Source of the DNA: an uncultured Acidobacteriota bacterium
Lineage (GTDB): Bacteria > Acidobacteriota > Thermoanaerobaculia > Multivoradales > UBA5704
Length of the DNA stretch: 64,000 nucleotides
Assembly: GCA_963770895.1 (NCBI GenBank)
Contig: CAVYRF010000002.1
Span: 5,312,001 to 5,376,000, forward strand
Reading direction: 5' to 3'
The translations under genes were made by a program, and so were the position numbers. Shown here one piece after another: positions 19,316 through 28,972 of this stretch. The notes below the pieces were generated by a model. That model saw only the letters and a list, made by a program, of their open reading frames with translations. It made no database searches and was not told where the DNA came from. The first letter of the stretch is position 1; each line of letters opens with the position of its first letter.

Positions 19316-19993
19316 ATGGAATCCGAAGCCAATCCCAACTCCCAGCCAGGCCGCCGGTGCCGCGCCGATCACAAGGAATCGGTGCGGCGGGTGATCCTGG
19401 ATGCGGCTCGCGAGCTGTTCGTCTGCGAGGGATATGGCAATGTTTCGCTGCGCAAGATCGCGGCACGGATCGGCTACACGCCCATGGCGATCTATGTTCA
19501 CTTTCGTGACAAGTCAGAGATTCTGGACTGTATCTGCGAGGAGACTTTCAGCTGCTTTCAGGCCAATGCGGAGCGGCTCGACGCCCTGGCGCTGCCGCCG
19601 CTGGAGCGGTTGGCGGCAGGTCTGCGCTTCTTCATCGACTTCGGCTTGCAGCACCCACACCACTACCAGCTGACGTTCATGACTCCGCACTGCGGCGAAC
19701 AACCGCTCGGGCGGCGCAGGGACATCGGCATCGGCTGCTACGAAAAGATGCGTCAGCGGGTGGGCCGCTGCATGGGGATGGGCGGCAACGCGGAGCATCC
19801 CGCGGCGGCGGACGATCCGGCGGTCGAGCGGGCGGCGCAGGCGATCTGCACCTCGGTGCACGGGTTGGTGTCGCTGCTGATCGCGTGGCCCGAATTCCCG
19901 TGGGTGGAGCGTGAGAAGCTGATCGAAACTGTGATCCAGGGGGCGTTGCAGCAAACCCAGCCTGGGCGGATGTTGCAGCGCGCCGCATCCTGA
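19316..19993 (+). CDS. TetR/AcrR family regulator
   Basis: ILDAARELF...SLRKIAARIGYTPMAIYVHFRDK HTH. Confidence 0.93.
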   Translation: MESEANPNSQPGRRCRADHKESVRRVILDAARELFVCEGYGNVSLRKIAARIGYTPMAIYVHFRDKSEILDCICEETFSCFQANAERLDALALPPLERLAAGLRFFIDFGLQHPHHYQLTFMTPHCGEQPLGRRRDIGIGCYEKMRQRVGRCMGMGGNAEHPAAADDPAVERAAQAICTSVHGLVSLLIAWPEFPWVEREKLIETVIQGALQQTQPGRMLQRAAS

Positions 19994-20053
19994 CGCCCGC
20001 CGTCTCCCCGTCATTTCTGAACCTGTCGCGCTGCCTTCAGCGAGGCCTTTGCG

Positions 20054-21652
20054 ATGACCAGTGCCGCCGTCGCCGCACCTCTTCCCGAGGAGCGGCTGCT
20101 GAACCCCTGGCTGGTGTCGATGATCGTGGTGCTCGCCACGTTCATGGAGGTGCTCGACACCAGCATCGCCAACGTGTCGCTGCCGCACATCGCGGGCAGC
20201 CTCGCGGCGAGCACCGACGAAAGCACCTGGGTGTTGACCTCCTACCTGGTGGCCAACGCCATCGTGCTGCCGCTGTCGGGGTGGTTTTCCAACACCTTCG
20301 GCCGCAAACGCTTTTACATGACGTGCGTGGTGCTGTTCACCGCCAGCTCGTTTCTGTGCGGCCTGGCGCCCAGCCTGCCGCTGCTGATCTTTTTCCGCGT
20401 GCTGCAGGGGTTGGGCGGCGGCGGCCTGCAGCCCAGCGCCCAGGCCATCCTGGCCGACGCCTTCCCGCCCGAAAAGCGCGGCATGGGCTTTTCGGTGTAC
20501 GCCATGGCGGTGGTCTTCGCGCCGGCGATCGGCCCGACCCTGGGCGGCTGGATCACCGACAACTTCAATTGGCGCTGGATCTTTTACATCAACGTGCCGG
20601 TCGGCATCGTGTCGTTCGTGCTCACCGGCGCGCTGATCAAGGACCCGGCCTACCTGGTGGAACGCGTCAAGCAGCTGCGCGGCAGGATCCGCGTCGACTT
20701 CATCGGCATGGGGCTGCTCACCCTCTGCCTGGGCTTCCTGCAGGTGGTGCTGGACAAGGGGCAGGAAGACGACTGGTTCGGCTCCAACCTGATCGCCTGG
20801 TCGTCGGCGATCTCGCTGGCGGCGTTTCTGGCGGTGATCTGGTGGGAGCTGCGGATCGAAAACCCCATCGTCGACCTGCGGCTGTTCCGCGAGCGCAACT
20901 TTGCCATGTCCAACGTGCTGATCTTCGGCCTGGGCTTTGCCCTGTTCGGCAGCACCGTGCTGGTGCCGCAGTTCCTGCAGGCGCTGATGGGATACTCGGC
21001 GACGGAAAGCGGCAAGGTGCTGTCGCCGTCGGGCGTGGTGGTCATGCTGATCCTGCCGATCACCGGCCTGGCGATCAATCGGGTGGGGCCGCGGGCGCTG
21101 ATCGCCGTCGGGCTGGTGATCGCCGGCGTCTCGCTGTGGCTGACCTCGCACATCGACCTGCAGGTCGACTACTGGACGGTGACCTGGTACCGCATCCTGC
21201 AGGGCGTCGGCATCGCGTTCCTGTTCGTGCCGATCAGCACCGTGTCGTTTTCGCGCCTGCCGCCTGAAAAGAGCAACGCCGCGTCGGCGCTGTTCAACCT
21301 GGCGCGCAACCTGGGGGCCAGCTTCGGCATCGCCACGGTGACGACGCTGGTCGTGCGACAGACCCAGGTTCACACCAACCGCCTGGTGTCGCACATCGCG
21401 GCGGGCAACCCGCAATACAACCAGCTGATCGCCGGGTTGACCCAGCGGTTGACGCGAGCCGGCGCTTCGGCGTACGACGCCGGCCGCCAGGCCACGGCCC
21501 TGGTGGCGCAGACGGTCGGGCAGCAGGCGGGGGCGCTCGCCTACCTGGATGCCTTCCGCTTCGTATCGATCGCCTGCTTCGTCATGCTGCCGCTGGCGTT
21601 TCTGATCAAGAAGGTCCCGCTTGGCAAGGGGGGACCGGTACACGTCGACTGA
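20054..21652 (+). CDS. DHA2 (EmrB/QacA) MFS efflux permease
   Basis: MEVLDTSIANV, WVLTSYL, GPTLGGWI, WRWIFYINVPVG. Confidence 0.95.
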   Translation: MTSAAVAAPLPEERLLNPWLVSMIVVLATFMEVLDTSIANVSLPHIAGSLAASTDESTWVLTSYLVANAIVLPLSGWFSNTFGRKRFYMTCVVLFTASSFLCGLAPSLPLLIFFRVLQGLGGGGLQPSAQAILADAFPPEKRGMGFSVYAMAVVFAPAIGPTLGGWITDNFNWRWIFYINVPVGIVSFVLTGALIKDPAYLVERVKQLRGRIRVDFIGMGLLTLCLGFLQVVLDKGQEDDWFGSNLIAWSSAISLAAFLAVIWWELRIENPIVDLRLFRERNFAMSNVLIFGLGFALFGSTVLVPQFLQALMGYSATESGKVLSPSGVVVMLILPITGLAINRVGPRALIAVGLVIAGVSLWLTSHIDLQVDYWTVTWYRILQGVGIAFLFVPISTVSFSRLPPEKSNAASALFNLARNLGASFGIATVTTLVVRQTQVHTNRLVSHIAAGNPQYNQLIAGLTQRLTRAGASAYDAGRQATALVAQTVGQQAGALAYLDAFRFVSIACFVMLPLAFLIKKVPLGKGGPVHVD

Positions 21653-21737
21653 ATCGGAAGCTGGCCAGGCCGGCGGCGCTCCGGCATGGGCGCGCCGCCT
21701 GGTGCGGCGCCGGCAACGTGGAGGGGACAACGCTGTG

Positions 21738-23246
21738 ATGGATACCTTTACAACCAGGACCTTGAGGGGGGCGCTCGGCGCCGCCGCCTTATGCGTGTGC
21801 GCATTGGCGGCGGTGGCGGCGGCGACGGCGCCGCTTGCCGCGCAGGGCCCTCCGGGCCTCAACCTGAGCAATATCAATACGCCGATCCCGGCGGCGCCGT
21901 CGGCGCAGGCGATCGTCGGCGGCGACGCCAAGTACCAGGGGAGCGTGCCCAAGGGCCTTGCCACCGGCGAGGTGTTGCAGCTGTCGCTCGCCGAGGCGCT
22001 GGAGCGCGGCCTGCAAGCCAACCTGGGAGTGATCAGCCACGGGCTCGACAGCCAGGTGGCCCAGGCCGAGCGTGCGCGCCAGCTGTCGGCGCTGCTGCCG
22101 CAGGTGGGGGCGGCGGTGCGCCACCAGACCGGCACCCTCAGCCTGGTGACGTTCGGTTTTCACCTGCCGGGCTTCCCGGAGGTGATCGGACCGTTCAGCT
22201 ACCAGGATGCGCGCGTCCAGTTGACCGAGCAGCTCAACCTCAACGGCATGCGCGCGTTCGAATCGGCCAAGGAATCGGCGCGCGCCGCCGACCTGACGTT
22301 TGCCGACGCGCGCGAGCTGGTGGTGGTGGTGGTGGGCGGCGCCTACTACCAGGTGGTGGCGAGCGCGGCGCGCGTCGAATCGACGCAGGCGCAGCTCGAC
22401 GCGTCGCAGTCGCTCGAATCGCTGGCGACCAACCAGGTGCAGTCGGGCCTGACGCCGAACATCGACAGCTTTCGCGCCACGGTGCAGCGGCAGACCGACC
22501 AGCAGCGGCTGGCGGTGGCCCAGGCGCAGTTCGAAAAGGACAAGCTGACCCTGGGCCGCCTGATCGGCCTGCCGGCCGGCCAGCGCGTGGCGCTCACCAC
22601 GCCGGTGCCCTACGTGCCGTGGAACGGTCCCGGCGAGGACGACGCGATCAAGCTCGCGTATGGTGCGCGCTACGACCTGAAGAGCGCCGAGGCGGCGGTC
22701 AAGGCGGCCCAGCTGGCGCACGACGCGGCGTCGGCCGAGCGCCTGCCGAGCCTGATGCTGGAGGGCGACTACGGCCGCGTCGGCCACAACCTGGGCACGA
22801 CCGACGGCACCTATACGCTGATGGCGGGCGTCTCGGTGCCGATCTATGAAGGCGGGCGCATCAAGTCGGAGGTGGCGCGCGCCCAGGCGACGCTCGACCG
22901 CCGGCGCGCCGAATACGCCGACATCAAGAGCAAGGTGGACTACGAGGTGCGCAGCAACTTTTTGGACCTGCGGGCGGCGGAGACGTCGGTCGAGGTGGCG
23001 CGCCGCAACGTCGAGCTGGCGGAACAGACGCTGACCGTGGCAAAGGATCGCTTCGCCAACGGCGTCACCAACAACGTCGAGGTGGTGCTCGCCGAGCAGG
23101 ACGTGGCGGCGGCGCACGAAAACTATATTGCCAGCCTCTTCTCGCACAACTACACCAAGCTCGCGCTGCTGCGGGCAATGGGGCAGGTCGAGCAGGGGAT
23201 CAAGCAGTTCCTGAGTGGACAGGTTCCCCAGGGAGGGACACAGTAG
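21738..23246 (+). CDS. TolC family outer membrane efflux protein
   Basis: Signal peptide, LSLAEALERGL, two OEP-type repeats; context between MFS and HlyD genes. Confidence 0.9.
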   Translation: MDTFTTRTLRGALGAAALCVCALAAVAAATAPLAAQGPPGLNLSNINTPIPAAPSAQAIVGGDAKYQGSVPKGLATGEVLQLSLAEALERGLQANLGVISHGLDSQVAQAERARQLSALLPQVGAAVRHQTGTLSLVTFGFHLPGFPEVIGPFSYQDARVQLTEQLNLNGMRAFESAKESARAADLTFADARELVVVVVGGAYYQVVASAARVESTQAQLDASQSLESLATNQVQSGLTPNIDSFRATVQRQTDQQRLAVAQAQFEKDKLTLGRLIGLPAGQRVALTTPVPYVPWNGPGEDDAIKLAYGARYDLKSAEAAVKAAQLAHDAASAERLPSLMLEGDYGRVGHNLGTTDGTYTLMAGVSVPIYEGGRIKSEVARAQATLDRRRAEYADIKSKVDYEVRSNFLDLRAAETSVEVARRNVELAEQTLTVAKDRFANGVTNNVEVVLAEQDVAAAHENYIASLFSHNYTKLALLRAMGQVEQGIKQFLSGQVPQGGTQ

Positions 23247-23248
23247 CC

Positions 23249-24559
23249 ATGGCACAGGCAGAGGTTGAAACGCAAAGTCCGCCGCCAGCCGGCGGCCCCG
23301 CCGGCGCGCAGGGTGCGCCGCGGCCCCAGCAGGGCGGCGGCGGCGCGGCGGCTCCGGCAGCTCCCGGCGGTGGCAGCGCCCCTCGCAAGGGTATGTCTCC
23401 ACGCTTCCGGTTGATCGTCGGCATCGGTCTGGCGGTGGTGGTGATCGCGGGGCTGCTCTACTGGCTGCACGCGCGCCACTTCGAGGATACCGACGACGCC
23501 CAGGTGGACGGACACATCCACCCGATCAGCGCCCGCATCAACGGCACGGTGCTGGCGGTCGGCCCGGAGGTGGAGGAGAACCGCTACGTCGCCGCCGGCA
23601 CGGTGCTGGTGGACGTCGATCCGGCGGATTTCAAAGCCGAGGTGGCGCGGGCGCAGGCCGAGGTGGACCGGCTGAACCAGTCCGCCACGGCGTCGCGCGC
23701 CGACGTGCCGGTGCAGACCGCCAACGCGGTCGGCACGCTGCACGTCGCCGAAGCGATGGTGACCGAGGCGCGCCAGCAGGTCGAAGCGGCGCTGGCCAGC
23801 CTGGTGTCGGCCAAGGCGCGGGTGGCGCAGGCGCAGGCGACCGCCACCAAGACGGAGGCGGATCGCCAGCGCTATGCCAAGCTGCTCGACAAGCAGGAGA
23901 TCTCGCGCTCCGAGTACGACCAGCGGGAGACCGACGCGCGCAACGCCCAGTCGGCGCTCGACGGATCGAGCGCCGATCAGGTGGGGGCGATGGCCAAGGT
24001 GGCGCAGCAGCGCGCGGCGCTGGCGCAGCAGGAGGCGAACCTGACCAAGGCGCGCACCGCGCCGCAGCAGATCGAGGAGTCGCAGGCGCGTTCGGGGTCG
24101 GCCAACGCCGACCTGGCGCGCGCCCAGGCGCAGCTGGAGACGGCCAAGCTCAACCTGTCCTACACCCACATCGTGGCGCCGGTGTCGGGCATCATCGGCC
24201 GCAAGGCGGTCGAATCGGGGCAGCGCGTGCAGCCCGGCCAGGAGCTGGTGACCATCGTGCAGACCGACGACGTGTGGATCACCGCCAACTTCAAGGAAAC
24301 CCAGCTGCGGTTCATGCGGCCCGGCCAGCCGGCCGACATCCACGTCGACAGCTACGGCGCCAACCTGACGGGCAAGGTGGAGAGCATCGCCGCCGCCACC
24401 GGCGCCCGCTTCAGCCTGCTGCCGCCGGAGAACGCCTCCGGCAACTTCGTCAAGGTGGTGCAGCGCCTGCCGGTGCGCATCCGGCTGGACCAGGCGCCGG
24501 ACCCGCAGCACCCGCTGCGGCCCGGCATGTCGGTGGACGCGACGGTCAGGGTGCGGTGA
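23249..24559 (+). CDS. HlyD/EmrA membrane fusion protein
   Basis: EDTDDAQVDG, ANFKETQL, FSLLPPENASGNFVKVVQR. Confidence 0.95.
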   Translation: MAQAEVETQSPPPAGGPAGAQGAPRPQQGGGGAAAPAAPGGGSAPRKGMSPRFRLIVGIGLAVVVIAGLLYWLHARHFEDTDDAQVDGHIHPISARINGTVLAVGPEVEENRYVAAGTVLVDVDPADFKAEVARAQAEVDRLNQSATASRADVPVQTANAVGTLHVAEAMVTEARQQVEAALASLVSAKARVAQAQATATKTEADRQRYAKLLDKQEISRSEYDQRETDARNAQSALDGSSADQVGAMAKVAQQRAALAQQEANLTKARTAPQQIEESQARSGSANADLARAQAQLETAKLNLSYTHIVAPVSGIIGRKAVESGQRVQPGQELVTIVQTDDVWITANFKETQLRFMRPGQPADIHVDSYGANLTGKVESIAAATGARFSLLPPENASGNFVKVVQRLPVRIRLDQAPDPQHPLRPGMSVDATVRVR

Positions 24560-24621
24560 GCGACGGGACGGTGGCGGCGAGCGTATTGCATGGACTGTGA
24601 CGGATGGGAGGTAGAGCGAAC

Positions 24622-24939
24622 ATGACGACCCACAAAAAGCCGCCGCACGACGACCGCGACCCGGCCGGTGCGCGCGGCGAAGACTGGACGGTTGCGCCGA
24701 CGCCGCGGGGGCGCGGTCTGGGTCCTGAGTCGGCCGGCCAGTCCGGCGACACCATGGGGCTGTCGCGCGACGAAGAGGCGGATGGCGAAAGCGTCGAAGA
24801 GCTGGTCGAAGAGGGGCAGGCCTACGAAGCCTCGGTGATCAGCGGCGTCGAAAACGCCCCCGATGCCGACCGCGGCGGCGTGCGCACCCACCAGGTGCCC
24901 GAAGACGACGTGCCGCAGGAGTACCTGGACCAGGATTGA
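24622..24939 (+). CDS. Small acidic hypothetical protein
   Basis: GGAGG RBS; GQSGD..GLS...ADGESVEELVEEGQAYEA...DDVPQEY. Confidence 0.7.
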   Translation: MTTHKKPPHDDRDPAGARGEDWTVAPTPRGRGLGPESAGQSGDTMGLSRDEEADGESVEELVEEGQAYEASVISGVENAPDADRGGVRTHQVPEDDVPQEYLDQD

Positions 24940-24985
24940 GGCGGGCGGCACTTGGGCAGGGCCGGTGTGCCGCTGCCGCGCCGGC

Positions 24986-26302
24986 TCAGGGCGCCCGCTC
25001 TGGGCTCCCGAACAGCAGACTCAGGTCATTGGGGTGGCCGGCAGCGGGCGCCAGGGTGATGTCCTGCGGCAGGTAGCGACCGCGCACCCAGACGACCTGC
25101 TGGGTGTCGACGTCGTCGGTCAGGCGTTGCTCGGCGCTCCTCAAGGATTCGGGGCGGTTCACCTGGGTGACGTCGCCCCAGGCGGCGAAGCGCGAGGGGT
25201 CGCCCGGAGTCCACACGAAGAGCGGCACGCCGGTGGCTTTCAGGTAGGCGCGCACCAACTCCGGAGCAAAATCGCTATGGTCCGTGGTGGCGTCGGCACC
25301 CAGCAGCAGCAGCACGGCGCGGGCGGTCTGGTAGCCCAGGGCGTGCACGCCGGCGGCGGCCACGGCGTCGGCCAGGCGCGGCGGGCCGGTGGGCCCGGGC
25401 TTCATGTCGGGCAGCAGCGTCATCTCGTAGAACGGCTTGGCGAAGGGGAAGCCCTTGGTCATGTCGAATATTTCGGCCAGGCCGTCGGGGCTCTTGTAGA
25501 CCCGCGCCGCCGGCGACACGTAGTGAAATAGAAAAGGACGGTTAAAGTCCGGCGTGTGCCAGAGCCCCAGCCGGCGGATCTGGTTGAGCGCCATGACAAA
25601 TTCCTGGGCGAATCCGGGCGAGCGCACGATGAACACGTGCGGCGCTTCCTGCTGCACGGTGGCGATTTCGAGCGGCTGGCCGGCGGCTGCAAAACGGCCG
25701 CGCAGGCTGTCCGGCCGGCGCGGCCGCTCCTGGCGCGGCGTGCGCACCGGCACCGCGGTCAGCTCGCTGGCGACGCCGCTGGCGTCGTCGCTGGTCAGCA
25801 CCAGCTCCTTGCGCGCCTCGACGTCGCCGGGAAACAGCACGCGCGCCGCCAGCACGTGGGCGGCGCCGACGGCGGGAAGCCGCACCTTGGCGCGTCCTTC
25901 GGCGTCGAGCGCGACGGGAGCGTCGTCGATCGTCAGGTGGATCTCGGTCGGCTGCTGGCCGGTGAAGCTGGTGGCGACCACGTGCGCCGTGCGCACCTCG
26001 CCGGCGTCCCCTTCCAGCAGGATCTGCGCCGCGCCGAGCGGGCGCGGCAGGTTGATCCACTGCCCGGTGTGCGCCACCTGGCTGCCGTCGGCCGCCAGGC
26101 CGCGCGCCTCCAGGTGGTGGGGCAGCAGCGCGGCACCCAGGTCGACGTCGGCCTGCCAGGGCGGATGGGCGATCCGGGCGACGCTCTTGCCGTCCAGCAC
26201 CAGCTCGATCGCCGCCACGCCGGGGCCTGCCGACAGCGCCACCGGCCGCGCGCCGTGCACCAGCCCCAGAAACAGCGTCAAAAAGGCGATTTCGGTTCCC
26301 AT
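24986..26302 (-). CDS. Hypothetical exported protein (Ig-like N-terminus, vWA-like C-terminus)
   Basis: IAFLTLFLGL start; LADAVAAAG...RAVLLLLG...SDF.PELVRAYL..GVPLFVW. Confidence 0.65.
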   Translation of the reverse strand: MGTEIAFLTLFLGLVHGARPVALSAGPGVAAIELVLDGKSVARIAHPPWQADVDLGAALLPHHLEARGLAADGSQVAHTGQWINLPRPLGAAQILLEGDAGEVRTAHVVATSFTGQQPTEIHLTIDDAPVALDAEGRAKVRLPAVGAAHVLAARVLFPGDVEARKELVLTSDDASGVASELTAVPVRTPRQERPRRPDSLRGRFAAAGQPLEIATVQQEAPHVFIVRSPGFAQEFVMALNQIRRLGLWHTPDFNRPFLFHYVSPAARVYKSPDGLAEIFDMTKGFPFAKPFYEMTLLPDMKPGPTGPPRLADAVAAAGVHALGYQTARAVLLLLGADATTDHSDFAPELVRAYLKATGVPLFVWTPGDPSRFAAWGDVTQVNRPESLRSAEQRLTDDVDTQQVVWVRGRYLPQDITLAPAAGHPNDLSLLFGSPERAP

Positions 26303-26408
26303 GCGGTCTGCCGCTCCCGGCCTCCCGGCCCCTTGTACCATTTCGAAATGCCGAAGAACCTGACGAGTTCCCAACGGCCCGGTGGCCGCCCGTGCCCGCG
26401 GGCGCGCT

Positions 26409-27968
26409 TCAGGCCAGTTGGACGGTGGCGGGCAGCGGCTGGTGCGGCGGCTGGGGATCGCCGGCGGCGCCCAGCAGGGCGGCCAGGCGGGCGCGGTCCA
26501 GGGAGCGGGGCAGGGCGACGCGGCCGAGGACGGTGCCGTCGGGGGCGGCGGCGCGCAGCTCGGTCCACAGCAGCGCCGACGACAGGCTGAGGCTGCCGCC
26601 GGCGGCGCCCGGCCCGGCGCCGGTTGCGGCGGCGGCCGGCGACCCGGTGGCGACGCCGGCCGCGGCGGCCGCAGGGGCGGCCAGCAGCGGCCAGGCGCGG
26701 CGGCGGCCGAAGGGCGAAACGGTGACGAAGGAGATCCCCTGGGGCGTGCGCAGCAGGCAGCCGTGGGTGCGGCGCGGCAGGCGAGCTACTTGGAGGGCGA
26801 TGGCGTCGGCGGCCACGACGACGCCGGCGATCTGGGTCTGGCTGGCCGGCGCGCGCTGGGCGAGCGGCGCGGCCAGCAGGTCGGCGGCGGCGCGGCGCGC
26901 CGCGGGATCGGTGCCGTAGTGGGCGACCAGGTGCGGGTCCAGGATCTGCGGGCGTAGCGCCGGCAGCAGCCAGGCCAGGCCGGGGCGCAGCAGGACGTGG
27001 AAGGCGAAGCTGAGCACGCGCAGCGCCCAGGGGGCGATCGCCAGCGCCGGCAGCAGCAGCAGGAAAGCCAGCACCGCGGCGGCGCCGGGGGCGAACAGGT
27101 AGAGGCAGAGGAAGCCCACGGTGAGGAGCTTTTTCACCGCTTCGAAGCCGAAGTCGATGAACGGCACGGGAATCAGCCAGATCAGCACGTCGCAGGCGTA
27201 GCGCGTCACCATCATCGCCGCCAGGCCGATGGACAGGCCCAAGGCGATCAGGGTGGCGATCGAGCCGTCGACAAATCCCATGTGCACGGCTGCCGTGTGC
27301 ACGGCGGCAAGGGTTCCCGCGGTTGCGGTCGGGGCCTCGGCGCCGGACGCGCCCGCTGCCGCGGTGGCCGCCGGCGCCGCGGCGGCAACTTTGAGCGCGC
27401 CGACCGACAGCGCGAAGTAGATGAGGGTCGAGGAGCTGTCCTCGATGACGCGCAGGAGCTTGCCGGCGACGCCGCGCACCTTGCCGGAGTTGGCCAGGAA
27501 GGTGATCAGCGCCAGCGCCAGAAACGTCAACAGCAGAGGCCAGCTCGCGTAGCGCTGCGATTCGCGGATCAGGGCGTTGTCGCGGAAGGCGCGGACCCAC
27601 GGATGGCGGGCGGCCTGGACGGTCTCCGAGCGCGCCGCGAGCCCCGCCGCCGACAGCGCCGCCAGGCCGAAGAAGGGCGTCGCCGCCACCGCCGGCAGCG
27701 GGCCGAGCAGCATTTCCGCGGTGCGGCGCAGGTCGTCGATGCGCCGCGCGTGGCGATCCAGCAGGTCCTGCTGCGCGCCGGCCGCGGTGTCGCCGGCGGG
27801 TGCGCCGGCGGGCGTGGCGGCCACGGCGCCCGCGGCGGCCGTACCGTCGCCGCCCGCGGCGCGGGCCATGCCGGCTGCCGCCGCGGGCGGACCGGCCAGG
27901 GCGATCGCCAGGACGAGCGCCAGGGCCGCCGGCCGGCAGAAAGCCCTGTGCCAGGGTGGGTTGCGCAT
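26409..27968 (-). CDS. Hypothetical multi-pass membrane protein
   Basis: Several hydrophobic helices, LIPVPFID motif; host-like codon usage. Confidence 0.7.
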   Translation of the reverse strand: MRNPPWHRAFCRPAALALVLAIALAGPPAAAAGMARAAGGDGTAAAGAVAATPAGAPAGDTAAGAQQDLLDRHARRIDDLRRTAEMLLGPLPAVAATPFFGLAALSAAGLAARSETVQAARHPWVRAFRDNALIRESQRYASWPLLLTFLALALITFLANSGKVRGVAGKLLRVIEDSSSTLIYFALSVGALKVAAAAPAATAAAGASGAEAPTATAGTLAAVHTAAVHMGFVDGSIATLIALGLSIGLAAMMVTRYACDVLIWLIPVPFIDFGFEAVKKLLTVGFLCLYLFAPGAAAVLAFLLLLPALAIAPWALRVLSFAFHVLLRPGLAWLLPALRPQILDPHLVAHYGTDPAARRAAADLLAAPLAQRAPASQTQIAGVVVAADAIALQVARLPRRTHGCLLRTPQGISFVTVSPFGRRRAWPLLAAPAAAAAGVATGSPAAAATGAGPGAAGGSLSLSSALLWTELRAAAPDGTVLGRVALPRSLDRARLAALLGAAGDPQPPHQPLPATVQLA

Positions 27969-28075
27969 ACCCCATTGTAACGCTCGCCGCCGGCGGCGGC
28001 GCCGGGGCTTGTAACAATCGCGACGGCGCTGCGTAGCTCAGCCGTGATGCGGCGACGGGCCGGGAGGGTGCTGAG

Positions 28076-28972
28076 ATGGCGCGGTTGACGATCGAAAACC
28101 TGGGAAAGACCTATCGCGGCGGCTTGCAGGCGCTGGCGGACTTCAGTCTGGACCTGTCGCCCGGCGTGCTGGGGCTGCTGGGGCCGAACGGCGCCGGCAA
28201 GTCGACGCTGATGCGCATCCTGGCGACCATCACGCGGCCGACCAGCGGGCGGGTGCTGTGGGAGGGCGCCGACGTGTTCGCCGCGCCGCTCGCCTTGCGC
28301 AAGGCGCTCGGCTACCTGCCGCAGGATTTTGGCGTCTATCCCAATCTGAACGCGGTCGAGTTCCTGGAGTACCTGGCGGCGGTCAAACGGGTGCCGGCGC
28401 GGCAGGCGCGGGCCCGCATTCCGGAACTGCTGCAGCTGGTGGGGCTGACGGCGGCGGCGCGGCGGCCGCTGGGCGGCTTTTCGGGCGGCATGCGGCAGCG
28501 GGTGGGGATCGCGCAGGCGCTGCTGTCGGACCCGCGGCTGCTGATCGTGGACGAGCCGACGGTGGGGCTCGATCCCGAAGAACGGCTGCGCTTTCGCAAC
28601 CTTTTATCGGAGCTCGGCGGCGAGCGCATCGTGATCCTTTCCACCCACATCGTCTCCGACGTCGAGGCTGCCGCCTCGGCGATCGCGCTGATCGACCGCG
28701 GCCGCCTGCTGGCGCACGCGGCTCCCGAAGCGCTGCTGGCGGCGGTCGACGGCAAGGTCTGGGAGTGGGTGGTGGCGAGCGAACAGCTGGCGGCGGTCAA
28801 GGCGCGCTATCGCGTCACCGGCACGCTGCGGCGCGGCGACGGCGTGCACGTCCGCGTCGTGGCGGACGCCCCGCCGGATACGCCGGCGGTCGGCGCGGTC
28901 GCCGTGCCGCCGACCCTGGAAGACGCGTACCACTTCTACCTGGACCGCCACCGTGCGCCGGTGGCCGCATGA
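28076..28972 (+). CDS. ABC transporter ATP-binding protein
   Basis: GPNGAGKS, FSGGMRQR, IVDEPT, STH. Confidence 0.95.
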   Translation: MARLTIENLGKTYRGGLQALADFSLDLSPGVLGLLGPNGAGKSTLMRILATITRPTSGRVLWEGADVFAAPLALRKALGYLPQDFGVYPNLNAVEFLEYLAAVKRVPARQARARIPELLQLVGLTAAARRPLGGFSGGMRQRVGIAQALLSDPRLLIVDEPTVGLDPEERLRFRNLLSELGGERIVILSTHIVSDVEAAASAIALIDRGRLLAHAAPEALLAAVDGKVWEWVVASEQLAAVKARYRVTGTLRRGDGVHVRVVADAPPDTPAVGAVAVPPTLEDAYHFYLDRHRAPVAA

